This document shows positions 9,713 through 19,666 of a stretch of 64,000 bases of DNA, one piece after another. The notes under the pieces were generated by a model that worked only from the letters and a program-made list of their open reading frames with translations, had not been told where the DNA came from and did not search any database. Numbering within the stretch: position 1 is the stretch's first letter; each line of letters starts with the position of its first letter. The position numbers and the translations under genes are program-made. Location of the stretch: sequence record PP129558. One strand, 5' to 3'. Source of the DNA: Escherichia phage vB_EcoM_01.

Positions 9713-12385
9713 ATGTTTCCAATTCCAATATTTACTATTATGACCAGCACTGGTGTCGTTCCTCTGCCAGCAGGTATTGTTAAAAAAGTAATCACTTTAG
9801 ATTACCCAGATAATGCTGGCAATTCTAATAGCAGTTTAGCAATTTTGCTTAATGATGGTAGATTGTTTACTCAAGGCGCAAACCTTTTTGGTGAGATTGC
9901 AGATGGAACTCGTAGTGCACGATTCAATAATTTCCACTTAGCTTCTACTGTAGTAGCGGATGTGTTTACCGCAGATCGTTGTTTTGTTATTAAAACTAAC
10001 AGTGGAGGATGGCAATATTCAGGATTGACAGCAGGATTGGTAGGATCTATAGCAGCAGGTGGTACGGACGCATGTGTAACTACTTGGACCAGCTTTCCAT
10101 CTGTAATAACAGGGACTATCTCTTTAGCTAATCTTAAAGAGGTTAAGGGAGGATATAACAATACTCTCTGGTTAATGAATAGTGGTGTTCTTTATGGATC
10201 AGGTCAAAACACAGTAGGTAGTTTAGGTGCAAGTACTACTAACGAAGTTTCTACTCCTCGTCAGATAACAAGTGCAGCAGTTGCTTTTGATGCAGGTTAC
10301 AACCAATGTTCTTATGTCAACAATGTGGGAACCTTGCGTGTTTGTGGAGCCAGTAAAGGTTTAGCAGGTAATAATAACACAACAACAGCTTTTGTCAATG
10401 CCAAGATATCCGCTACTGAAACAGTGTATGTCAAAGATTACATCAATACAGTTTCCCAGACAATAGTTGTAGGAGATACCTCCGGTGGCACGGGTACAGT
10501 AAACTACTTATATGTTAGATCTAATACAGAAACAACCTACACTAAACTGGATACCTTTGCAGCAGGTTTCTCAACATGGAAGTTTCCACCAAGCCGCCAC
10601 TCTTTTTTCGTTGGGATCAATAATTCCTTGTGGGCTATTGGTAAGAACTACACTGCAAACTTAGGTTTGGGGTATGATTCTGCGAGCGGAGATCCACTCC
10701 AAGTGGGAAAACCAGTTAAACCTGAAGGAGTGGGTTCTTGGGATATAAACAAGCTCACAAGCGTTCATACGCTGAATATGGATGTTACTAACCAATTAGG
10801 TTATCAAGGAACCTTTTTCGTTTATAATGGAGATATGTATTATTCCGGTATTTGGAAAGATGGGAAAGCCTCGTATCTGTTCAATAGTGGTCTAAACTAT
10901 AATAAATTCACACCAATAGCAAGCTCCGTGATTACGGGCGATATTCTGGCAACTGGCTTAACTACAGATTCTTTAGGAATTTGTATTGTAGGTGGAACTA
11001 AACAGTTGACACATTCTGTTAGCCCAGAAGGAGGTAAACTTTTCAATATTAAATACACTTCTTCTGCCCCTGCAAACATGACAATATCATCTACTGGTTT
11101 AATGACTTTCCATGCAGAAGGTGGTTTTGATGCAGGTATGACAGCCTTAAACGCTGAAGGAACAACTTTATCAGATACCTCTGGAGGATATGCTTCAACA
11201 TTGAGCGTTTACACTCCTAGCTTATCTGCGATGGATGTAGGAACAACACAAACAATGGTAGCAGAAATAACGCCAACAGGAGCAGCAAGCTTACCTGGTA
11301 TGGTTGTTGAGTATACAACTACAGATCCTAATGTTGCTACAGTAGATCCTACAACTGGTGTAATAACTGGTGTTGGTGATGGTGGTTGTAGAATTGGTTG
11401 CACAGCTACGTATCAAGGTGTTGTTACCGCTTCTGATAGTTCTTATTTAACGGTGAATGCTGTTGCGGGAAAGGAGTTAGCTCCATCTCCGAGTAGTAGC
11501 TTAACGGTTCTAAACGGATATTTCAACCACTCGGCAGATGGGGCAATTACGTTCCCAATTTTATCGGGTACTGTCACACCAGCTAACTTTGTAGTTAAGG
11601 TGGATGACGTTGTAATACCTTCAAATAAAGTAATATTTAGAAATAAAGCTTTCTCTACAGTGGATAGCTATCCAGCAGGAGAATATAGACTGGCTATTGA
11701 ATTTGCAAGTGCTTCAGTAGTTAATAGTGTGGAAGTGTCTATGGAAGCAAACCCAAGTCTTTTAGAACTTTGGGGCGGTAATAGAATCAGTTATTCTACA
11801 AGCCCAGCCTCACAATTCTTAAAAGGTTGTGCTAACTTAAGACGAATAACTTCTGATTGTTTTAGTAACACATCTTACACCGGAACATCTATAAGTGGTA
11901 TCTTCTCTGGCTGTACAAGTTTGACAGCTATCCCTGAAGGTTTATTCAGTGATACTTTATTTCCTTCAATGACAACAATGTCAAGCACGTTTGAAGGTTG
12001 TACATCTTTAACATCTATTCCTTCAGATTTATTTAAGAATCTATCAAAAGTTACAAGATATTCTTACACCTTTAAAGATTGCACGTCTCTTGCAGAAGTT
12101 CCAGCAGGAATGTTTGATAATATTCCAACGAAAGTGACCTCTTTAACAGCTACATTCCAAGGTTGTTTAGCACTTACAGATTTTAATAAAATCTTTAATG
12201 ACAACCCAGGGTTAACTGTTTGTGGTAAACGTGGAGCATTATCTTCTTTCTTTAGTGGATGCACAAATCTTACAGGAACAGGAACAACATTAACAAATAC
12301 ATTAGGCGGAGTAGCTAATAGTTACCTATTCAGGTATTGCACAAAACTTTCTGATTATAACAACATTCCTTCCGGTTATAAATAA
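9713..12385 (+). CDS. large tail fibre/adhesin-like protein with C-terminal leucine-rich repeats
   Basis: 890 aa; repeated F(S/E/K/Q)GCTSLT.IP..LF units in the C-terminal third (BspA-type LRR-like); Ser/Thr/Gly-rich N-terminal two thirds. Confidence 0.7.
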   Translation: MFPIPIFTIMTSTGVVPLPAGIVKKVITLDYPDNAGNSNSSLAILLNDGRLFTQGANLFGEIADGTRSARFNNFHLASTVVADVFTADRCFVIKTNSGGWQYSGLTAGLVGSIAAGGTDACVTTWTSFPSVITGTISLANLKEVKGGYNNTLWLMNSGVLYGSGQNTVGSLGASTTNEVSTPRQITSAAVAFDAGYNQCSYVNNVGTLRVCGASKGLAGNNNTTTAFVNAKISATETVYVKDYINTVSQTIVVGDTSGGTGTVNYLYVRSNTETTYTKLDTFAAGFSTWKFPPSRHSFFVGINNSLWAIGKNYTANLGLGYDSASGDPLQVGKPVKPEGVGSWDINKLTSVHTLNMDVTNQLGYQGTFFVYNGDMYYSGIWKDGKASYLFNSGLNYNKFTPIASSVITGDILATGLTTDSLGICIVGGTKQLTHSVSPEGGKLFNIKYTSSAPANMTISSTGLMTFHAEGGFDAGMTALNAEGTTLSDTSGGYASTLSVYTPSLSAMDVGTTQTMVAEITPTGAASLPGMVVEYTTTDPNVATVDPTTGVITGVGDGGCRIGCTATYQGVVTASDSSYLTVNAVAGKELAPSPSSSLTVLNGYFNHSADGAITFPILSGTVTPANFVVKVDDVVIPSNKVIFRNKAFSTVDSYPAGEYRLAIEFASASVVNSVEVSMEANPSLLELWGGNRISYSTSPASQFLKGCANLRRITSDCFSNTSYTGTSISGIFSGCTSLTAIPEGLFSDTLFPSMTTMSSTFEGCTSLTSIPSDLFKNLSKVTRYSYTFKDCTSLAEVPAGMFDNIPTKVTSLTATFQGCLALTDFNKIFNDNPGLTVCGKRGALSSFFSGCTNLTGTGTTLTNTLGGVANSYLFRYCTKLSDYNNIPSGYK

Positions 12386-12390
12386 GAAAA

Positions 12391-12417
12391 GGAGCCATTT
12401 GGCTCCTTTCTTTTATA
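12391..12417. terminator. bidirectional terminator between convergent genes
   Basis: ggagcc-attt-ggctcc hairpin flanked by A-run upstream and T-run downstream. Confidence 0.6.
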
Positions 12418-12441
12418 AAAACTCTTTATAAATCAATAAGA

Positions 12442-13329
12442 TCAGAACGGAATATCATCATCGAAGTCCATTGGAGGTTCTTCTTGATTGCTTGGAGTTG
12501 GTTCTGGTTGTGGTTCAGGCTTTTTAACTTCTTTCTTCTCTTCTTTCTTAGGTTGTTCTGCGGAACCACGAATGGCAGCAGCAACTTTATCAGACAAAGC
12601 TAGAACTTTACGAGCAGAGTCAATCAGATCTTCTACAGATACAGTCTTAATGGTATGGTCTTTACAAGCATTGAGAATAGCGTGACCAACAGATGCCCCA
12701 AGATCATAATCATTAATATCAACGCCACGAGATTCAGCAATTTCAGATTTCAGCGTGACAGTTGCAGATTGAACAACCCCAGCGATATCGAAAGCATCGC
12801 CTTTAACACCATTACGAATCAGTTCCAGTGCACCATTTACTGCGTGACCAGTTTCCAGACCTACAGTATCACGTTTTTTATAGGACTGCTTAGGAGCAGC
12901 ATCGTTGGAACCTTTATTGCCAGAAGATTTGTTAGACTTCTGAACACCATCGGTAGACAATACTGTAATACGAGATTTTTTAGTATTGTAGTAAGTTTTA
13001 CCGCCTTTATTATCAACGCGATCAATATCAATACTTACTTCTACACCTTTTTCAATAGTGATCCAATTATCACCTTCTTTGACTTGCAGGTTTTCATAAC
13101 CTTCTTTCAGTTCAATGTCACCAAGAGAAATCCAAACACCTTTCTCATCTGGTTTAGCACCTTTCTCTTTCAGAACAAGAGAGGCTCGGTGAGTTGAAAC
13201 AATCGTTTTTCCTTCCCAATGAAAAGTTTTAGGTTCAGCGAATTTATCCAGTTTAACGTAGTCTACGATACCAGTTGCATAAGTTACGGTTTTGCCTTTA
13301 CGATCAGTTTCAGTATTAATTACGGACAT
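12442..13329 (-). CDS. single-stranded DNA-binding protein-like
   Basis: 295 aa; Gly/Ser/Lys-rich linker, acidic C terminus ending MDFDDDIPF (E. coli SSB-type tail). Confidence 0.6.
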   Translation of the reverse strand: MSVINTETDRKGKTVTYATGIVDYVKLDKFAEPKTFHWEGKTIVSTHRASLVLKEKGAKPDEKGVWISLGDIELKEGYENLQVKEGDNWITIEKGVEVSIDIDRVDNKGGKTYYNTKKSRITVLSTDGVQKSNKSSGNKGSNDAAPKQSYKKRDTVGLETGHAVNGALELIRNGVKGDAFDIAGVVQSATVTLKSEIAESRGVDINDYDLGASVGHAILNACKDHTIKTVSVEDLIDSARKVLALSDKVAAAIRGSAEQPKKEEKKEVKKPEPQPEPTPSNQEEPPMDFDDDIPF

Positions 13330-13345
13330 TATTATCTCCTCTACA

Positions 13346-13738
13346 TTACATTAATTTTGCACAGAAAGAGCGGAGTCTTTCCATATCATCTTGCTCTAAC
13401 AGGTATTTACCTTTACCTATTCCAACTCCAATTTCACCATTAGGAAAATGAACTATTTGCACTGGGAAACCTCCGAGTTTAATTGTGGCAGCTTTGCCTT
13501 CTTCGTCTATAACGTTTCGGATTGTATCTTGCAGTGAAATGAATTCTTTGTTTGTAACAGTGGTTTCAATTATTTCAGATGTTTCGACACGAGCAGTTAG
13601 CTTCTTGTTTCCACCTTGAATAACCAAAATTTGAAAATAAAAAGAGTTGTCAAGACCTACAACATTTTTCTCAACTAGTGTCAAACTGGTGTAGTTTCCA
13701 TAAACAGTTTCAACAGCTATCTTAGAACGTTCAGTCAT
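13346..13738 (-). CDS. hypothetical protein
   Basis: 130 aa ORF, co-oriented. Confidence 0.5.
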   Translation of the reverse strand: MTERSKIAVETVYGNYTSLTLVEKNVVGLDNSFYFQILVIQGGNKKLTARVETSEIIETTVTNKEFISLQDTIRNVIDEEGKAATIKLGGFPVQIVHFPNGEIGVGIGKGKYLLEQDDMERLRSFCAKLM

Positions 13739-13747
13739 TGAATGCTA

Positions 13748-13776
13748 TCCTATCATAAAATGTTTAATATTGTCAA
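13748..13776 (-). promoter_or_regulatory. candidate sigma70-like promoter
   Basis: TTGACA (rc of 13771-13776), about 18 nt spacer, TAGGAT, upstream of 13738 start. Confidence 0.3.
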
Positions 13777-13783
13777 GCTTTAA

Positions 13784-14377
13784 TTACCAAGGAATATCAT
13801 CTTCTTCCAATCTGGTATCTACTTGAGGTGGACGTGGAACCTTAACCTCTTTCACAAAACGAAGATATGGGAAACGTGTAGCAATTTTAATAACATGTTT
13901 GGCATCTTCTCTAACATCTTTGTGCAAGAAGCAGATCCCTGTTTCCAAGGTTGTTTCAAAATCTTTAGAATAATAACAGTCCTTCCCATCAAATGCAGCC
14001 TGGCAGATGGACAGATCGAACTCATTTAGAAAGGTTGTCATTACATTTGGGTCCATAATCATAAGGTTGCAAAGCTGACCATCACGTTCAAACTCAAAAA
14101 CGTGTTTAAGACCAGTAACACCTTCATAATTGTCAGAAGCCTCTTTGTTTCCTAGTTTACGAATATTGGTTCCCATTAAAGCAGATGCAATTAATCCTTG
14201 TACTTGTTCTTCAGTCCGATGTGCAGGAAGGGATGTATAGAAATCCAGATCACGTCCAGCAATATCAAGAATACGCCAATCACGAACAGCACCGCCAGCC
14301 AAGACAGAATTAGGATCAGCGATCTTTAATACGGTAAGAATTTCTTTGGCAATATTGATTTGTTTTGATTTAGTCAT
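13784..14377 (-). CDS. minimal nucleotidyltransferase-fold protein with SSB-like C-terminal tail
   Basis: 197 aa; LAGGAVRDWRILDIAGRDLDFYT matches the GG(A/S)xRD...DxD motif of CCA-adding/poly(A) polymerase type nucleotidyltransferases; C terminus LEEDDIPW. Confidence 0.5.
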   Translation of the reverse strand: MTKSKQINIAKEILTVLKIADPNSVLAGGAVRDWRILDIAGRDLDFYTSLPAHRTEEQVQGLIASALMGTNIRKLGNKEASDNYEGVTGLKHVFEFERDGQLCNLMIMDPNVMTTFLNEFDLSICQAAFDGKDCYYSKDFETTLETGICFLHKDVREDAKHVIKIATRFPYLRFVKEVKVPRPPQVDTRLEEDDIPW

Positions 14378-14588
14378 TGATACGCTCCACAGTTACTTTT
14401 ACAACATCGTCCATATTAATCTCATCCCCCAAGACCTCAATAACACCTTCCTCATAAAGTCGAGCACATTCTTCCCACACTTCAGCTTCCGTCATTCCAC
14501 CTGCAATCTTATTTGCAAGACCTTTAATAACATCTTCATTTTGTTCATCAACAAGAATTGAAACATTAAAGCTCACTAATTTACGCAT
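14370..14588 (-). CDS. hypothetical small acidic protein
   Basis: 72 aa ORF. Confidence 0.45.
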   Translation of the reverse strand: MRKLVSFNVSILVDEQNEDVIKGLANKIAGGMTEAEVWEECARLYEEGVIEVLGDEINMDDVVKVTVERIND

Positions 14589-14597
14589 TGTTTTCTC

Positions 14598-14759
14598 CTT
14601 ATACTTCTAAACGGAAAGTTTCTTTAGATACAAAATCGTATCCACCTTTTTCAAGCCAGTCATTGTAAACCTCATCGGCTTGAGATTCTATCATAAAATA
14701 CCGAGTGGTAACTTCGTCTCCGACAATACGCACAATTTTATAGCAAATCATGATACCAT
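14598..14759 (-). CDS. hypothetical small protein
   Basis: 53 aa ORF not in the supplied track; GGAGGA RBS 6 nt upstream of ATG at 14759. Confidence 0.4.
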
Positions 14760-14765
14760 TTCCCA

Positions 14766-14957
14766 TTAATCTTCCTCCAGATCAATTTCATTATAACAAT
14801 GTATGCAGAAACCATCATTGTGCATATGTTGTTCATAGGACATATCTTTACCACAAGACCAACAACGGATATCCCCATCGTCCCATTCACGTTCTTCTTC
14901 ACCTTCAAATTCATCTGGTAGGTAAGGCATACCAAAATAATCTAAATCGTAACTCAT
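14766..14957 (-). CDS. small zinc-ribbon-like protein
   Basis: Start taken at internal ATG (MSYDLDY) with AGGAGA RBS; CWSC...CIHC cysteine pairs. Confidence 0.5.
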   Translation of the reverse strand: MSYDLDYFGMPYLPDEFEGEEEREWDDGDIRCWSCGKDMSYEQHMHNDGFCIHCYNEIDLEED

Positions 14958-14970
14958 ATCTTCTCCTATA

Positions 14971-14989
14971 AAGGGGCAGAAGCCCCTTA
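14971..14989 (-). terminator. stem-loop downstream of DNA polymerase gene
   Basis: aaggggc-agaa-gcccctt inverted repeat. Confidence 0.4.
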
Positions 14990-15006
14990 TAAAACAACAT
15001 GTTAGA

Positions 15007-18000
15007 TCAATGACAGGATGCCCAGGAATTACCCACGTCATATCCGGCAGTAAGCTGAACGTTAAGATTGTAAAATTCTCCAGCCTTAGTAACAGCTAAA
15101 GCAGCAAGCTCACCTGCCCGACTATAAGCTGTAAACCATCCACCTTTAGGAGATTCATGAATGTTAGCCCAAATTTGCCCTGTCTCTTTTTCCTTATTAT
15201 GCTTCCATTCTTCAACTTTAGCAAGGCATTCTTTATCAATTTTCTTTTGTTCTTCAGGATCGTCTACTTTCTTCCAACCTAATGATTCAGGTGAAAACCA
15301 TTTAAATTCTACAAGGTTACGAGAAACTTCAAGCTGGGCTTCATCGTGATATGCAATCATTTGTTGCACGAAGTCTTTATTCTTCCAGTCATCTTTAAAG
15401 AAGTCAACACTTAGCCCTTCTTCTTCTATCATGTCGTCATAAATAACCATTGCACGTTTAGCGCAGATAACCCCACCACTTTGGAACAGAGAGTTAAGAA
15501 TCGCGTGAGCAGAACGAGTAGGAACCTTACGACCGTCAATACCCAAAACATACTGTTTACCAGTCTTAACCCAGAAATCGTTTAAACGTTCTTTAAGACG
15601 TGCCAGTGGGAATGCAGCTTCCCAGAAAGCATCAAACACCAATTGACCTGTAAACTTATCGCTACCAATTGTTTTAGCAACCTTGTCGGCTTGTGCACCA
15701 TAGGTAATACCATACTTAACAGATTTAGCAGGACTACGTTCAAATTTACGTCCAATAGTTTCAGTGATACGTTTTGCCATCATTGTGTGAACATCGTTAG
15801 GTTTCTCTAACAACAGAGCGTTACAATATTCATGTGGCTCCGGCTCGTACCGCCAACAGTAGTGTGATTCAATTTTTGCTTCCAAAGAGTCGAAGTCGTA
15901 GCCGATCTGGAAGTATTTAGGCNNGTCTCTTATACACATCTGACGCTGCCGACGACAGACGTGGTGTGTAGATCTCGGTGGTCGCCGTATCATTAAAAAN
16001 NNNNNNNNNNNNNNNNNNNNNNNNNNNNNNNNNNNNNNNNNNNNNNNNNNNNNNNNNNNNNNNNNNNNNNNNNNNNNNNNNNNNNNNNNNNNNNNNNNNN
16101 NNNNNNNNNNNNNNNNNNNNNNNNNNNNNNNNNNNNNNNNNNNNNNNNNNNNNNNNNNNNNNNNNNNNNNNNNNNNNNNNNNNNNNNNNNNNNNNNNNNN
16201 NNNNNNNNNNNNNNNNNNNNNNNNNNNNNNNNNNNNNNNNNNNNNNNNNNNNNNNNNNNNNNNNNNNNNNNNNNNNNNNNNNNNNNNNNNNNNNNNNNNN
16301 NNNNNNNNNNNNNNNNNNNNNNNNNNNNNNNNNNNNNNNNNNNNNNNNNNNNNNNNNNNNNNNNNNNNNNNNNNNNNNNNNNNNNNNNNNNNNNNNNNNN
16401 NNNNNNNNNNNNNNNNNNNNNNNNNNNNNNNNNNNNNNNNNNNNNNNNNNNNNNNNNNNNNNNNNNNNNNNNNNNNNNNNNNNNNNNNNNNNNNNNNNNN
16501 NNNNNNNNNNNATCATTGTGTGAACATCGTTAGGTTTCTCTAACAACAGAGCGTTACAATATTCATGTGGCTCCGGCTCGTACCGCCAACAGTAGTGTGA
16601 TTCAATTTTTGCTTCCAAAGAGTCGAAGTCGTAGCCGATCTGGAAGTATTTAGGAACCTCTACACCAAACAAGTTACGCATCTCCCATCCAAACAAAGAT
16701 GTGACACGAGGAATGTTAGCTACAGACCTATGCTTCATACGAGAGGTTGCAGCATCACATGTAGCTGCTGGGGTAGGAATACGACCATCCGCCCTTACTG
16801 CGGCTAAGAAACCTTTATCGTATTCTTGATCTTCTTCATCTTCTTCCCAATCAGCACCGCCACCTAAAATAGAGTTCCTACGATGCTTATACGTTAAGTA
16901 TTCTACAATCTGTGTAGCATAAGGGAATTTCTCACCCAAAGCTTGCAGGTTAGGACAGATTTCTTTTTCCTGACCTTTGGTAAAACATGGGTTAGTCAAT
17001 ACTTTAAGACCGCGACCTTTACCTTTTGCTATACGCTCTTGAATCTTCCTTTCCAAGGTTTCCGGTGTGCACTCCAGATGATCACAACGGTCCTGACAAA
17101 AATTAGAAGATAAAGTTTGCTCAACGTAAGCTCGAATACCTTTCTGAAGTTCTTCCTCGCTCTTTTTAATCTTGGTGCCAGATTTAAGAGTCAAGTCTTT
17201 ATCTTTATATTCAGACGGTACCCAACCTAATCCTACAAGCCAGTTTTTAATATGGGTTGTATCGTTCAATGTTGCAGGGATGTGAGGATCACATAAAGGC
17301 TCATCTGCTGCAACTGGCAGTTTCCACTCTTTCCCCAACATAACTAACCACCAATCTCCATCCCTCTCTTCCAAATGACCATCATGTTTCTTAGCAAAAT
17401 TGATCATATGGTTAGTTGGCTCTAAGTTCTTTTTAATTTGCAACTTAGGTGGAATAAAAGCCTTAAGATAGCCTTTTGTTGCTGGTTTAGGTGGCAAAAT
17501 AGGCTCAACGAGTAAACGAAGACGCTCCATTTCTGCATCCAAAAAAGCAAGGTTCTCTTCTGCTTGCTTCATGTTAAAAGCAAATCCACGGTGTTCCTGG
17601 CGTGTAATAATGTCTGCTACACGTTGTTCAAGTTCAAATGGACCTTCCCATTTATCATAATCACCCCACTCTTCCATAAGGTAATTATATACGCTTGTAT
17701 TAGCTTTGTTGTCATAGATACAGTAATAAAGCATATCCGCAGCAAAAGTCTTAAATCGATCTTCTTCTGGAATCTCTTTACGGAAATCTATTTTTACATC
17801 ACCACCTGCTTTTCGAGAAAGTGCTGCCAAGCTATGTCCTGATTTGCCCTCAATCTTTCGATCTGGGTTTAACACTTTACTCAAAATCAAGGAGTCAATA
17901 AGTTTTACCTTATTTTTGCCCCACGTATTATATTTAACACTGTAATCTAATCCATAAAACAGTTTTGTAGCCAACCAGTCGTAGTTGATACCGTTGTGAG

Positions 18001-18337
18001 CCACAGCCATTTCAACCAGATATTCAGGCTTGTCTTCAAAATAACCTTCATGATTAATAAAGTCTGGGAAATCTTTTAGTTGAAAATGTGTGTAATCTTG
18101 CGCCACATACTCTTTAAGAACATATGTGTATTTACCATCTGACTCTTCATAAGGACGCCCATCAAAGATGTATTTAGGGCCATCGTGGAAAGCTACTATT
18201 TCTCCTGTTTCATGGTTCTCTAAGACAATACAGTGCATTTGAAATGTGTCTTTGAGACGATAAGGACTAGCTAAATAATCAATAGTGTCATTATTCAACA
18301 ATCCGTTTGCTTCAATATCCCATGTAAACTTACTCAC
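15007..18337 (-). CDS. family A (Pol I-like) DNA polymerase with 3'-5' exonuclease domain; gene interrupted by assembly artifact
   Basis: N terminus FTWDIEANGL (exo motif); C-terminal part RSPAKSVKYGITYGAQADKVAKTIG resembles family A motif B; the ORF is split by adapter plus N gap at 15922-16511 with 144 bp duplicated on both sides. Confidence 0.8.
15922..15999. other. sequencing adapter contamination (Tn5 mosaic end + index + flow-cell sequence), not biological
   Basis: tctcttatacacatctgacgctgccgacga...gtgtagatctcggtggtcgccgtatcatt is a Nextera-type adapter read-through. Confidence 0.9.
16000..16511. other. scaffold gap (N-run) with duplicated flanks
   Basis: 512 n; 15779-15922 is repeated at 16511-16654. 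Confidence 0.95.
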
Positions 18338-19131
18338 TATTCCTCCTTTCTAATGTTCTCCAGAACCCACTGAAGTTCTTTTAAACTTAAACTTCTTACT
18401 CCCGCAGTTTTACTAGCTTCAGCTTTAAGTAACGGGTAAGCCTCAATGATACGCGTTTTAAGATCAGAAGTCAAGGCTTTTAAAAAATAGGTAGATGCTT
18501 CAGATAAAGAATCTTCTTCTGATAACACTTTACCTGCACTTGCTCCCGCTCTCCTAACGGCTATATCGTAGTCTTTACTGTTACCTAATACGAACAGTCG
18601 ATTCTCTCCTAAAACAACGGGAGAACGCTTCTCGTTGCGTTTAATCCATATCTGGAATACACAAGGAACATCCCAAGGTTCTCCATGAAGAATAAAAGAT
18701 CCTTTTGGACATTCTTCTTCGTAAAGAAGATGCATGTGGGGATTTAGTTTGTGTGCAAAAAAGATTTTTTGAAATGTGCGAGGCAAGATAAAACAAATAC
18801 CACCTTCGTTATCCAACATTTCAGCACAATGGTTAAAGAACTTAATGGCAAGACTGGCATTTTTTCCAAACGGAGGATTACCGACAAAAGCAGTTACACT
18901 GCCAACAGACTCAACAGATTGAGCTAAAAAATCTGCCTCAATACAATCTTCAAACTTAGGGTCAATATCAAAAGAAGTTATGTTTTTAAAACAAGAAGAG
19001 AAAGCTCCTTCTCCCGCAGATGGTTCTACGTAGTTAGCTTCCTCTCCAAAAATTTCTTTGATCTTATCACATAAGAACCCCGCATAAGCGGGGTTAGTGT
19101 AATATTGATCAAGTGTATTCAACTTGCTCAA
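18337..19131 (-). CDS. DNA N6-adenine methyltransferase (orphan)
   Basis: 264 aa; EPSAGEGAF (AdoMet motif I-like) and VGNPPFG ((D/N)PP(F/Y) catalytic motif). Confidence 0.65.
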   Translation of the reverse strand: MSKLNTLDQYYTNPAYAGFLCDKIKEIFGEEANYVEPSAGEGAFSSCFKNITSFDIDPKFEDCIEADFLAQSVESVGSVTAFVGNPPFGKNASLAIKFFNHCAEMLDNEGGICFILPRTFQKIFFAHKLNPHMHLLYEEECPKGSFILHGEPWDVPCVFQIWIKRNEKRSPVVLGENRLFVLGNSKDYDIAVRRAGASAGKVLSEEDSLSEASTYFLKALTSDLKTRIIEAYPLLKAEASKTAGVRSLSLKELQWVLENIRKEE

Positions 19132-19140
19132 TAGTCCTCC

Positions 19141-19572
19141 TTAGTTGTTAGCGAACTCAATAGTGAGGTCAACTTTACCATCGTCAGAAATAACCATGTT
19201 TTTGGTATTTTTAAAGATGATATCTACTTTACCTTCACTTACACGACAGAATGCGACACCATCTGCAACTTTATCGATATAATATTTGTAAGAAAGAATA
19301 CCCACTTTACTACGACCAGCACCTTTTGTGAAAGAAGGGCTTACATCGAAACGGAAACCTTTAGAAGAAACAACACGGTAAGAACGTCCAGTTGGAAGAT
19401 GTTCAATAACAGAGACATTGTTCTCAACAACTTTTACAGCAAACTCTTCAGGATGATCCTCAACAATCATATGTGGGATGGCAAATGCCAACGCTTGTTT
19501 GTGTTTAATAACACCAGCACCCAGAGCACCAGCAGCTTTAACTTTTGCATTCAGATCGATTGTCATACGCAT
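19141..19572 (-). CDS. hypothetical protein
   Basis: 143 aa ORF with AAGAGGAGAAG RBS and upstream promoter. Confidence 0.55.
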   Translation of the reverse strand: MRMTIDLNAKVKAAGALGAGVIKHKQALAFAIPHMIVEDHPEEFAVKVVENNVSVIEHLPTGRSYRVVSSKGFRFDVSPSFTKGAGRSKVGILSYKYYIDKVADGVAFCRVSEGKVDIIFKNTKNMVISDDGKVDLTIEFANN

Positions 19573-19605
19573 TTTTACTTCTCCTCTTGTTTGGTTGATG
19601 AGACA

Positions 19606-19634
19606 AGTATAAGTCCCTTCCGTAAAGTTGTCAA
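19606..19634 (-). promoter_or_regulatory. near-consensus sigma70 promoter
   Basis: minus-strand TTGACA-17 nt-TATACT upstream of 19572 start. Confidence 0.5.
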
Positions 19635-19640
19635 CAGGTA

Positions 19641-19666
19641 TTTTTAATAAAAGGGCCGAAGCCCTT
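19641..19666 (-). terminator. rho-independent terminator after primase-helicase gene
   Basis: agggc-ttcg-gccct hairpin then TTTTATTAAAAA on minus strand. Confidence 0.55.

Noticed and set aside
15922-15999. Tn5 mosaic-end-like sequence suggesting a transposon insertion in the DNA polymerase gene
   Set aside because: The mosaic end is followed directly by library index and flow-cell adapter sequence and then an N gap; the same string recurs at the contig end before poly-G. This is Nextera adapter read-through.
15007-18337. Two separate polymerase ORFs (15007-15993 and 15917-18337) suggesting a split gene or intein
   Set aside because: The split coincides exactly with the adapter/N gap and the protein sequences on both sides overlap identically (PKYFQIGYDFDSLEAK...), so it is one gene broken by assembly.
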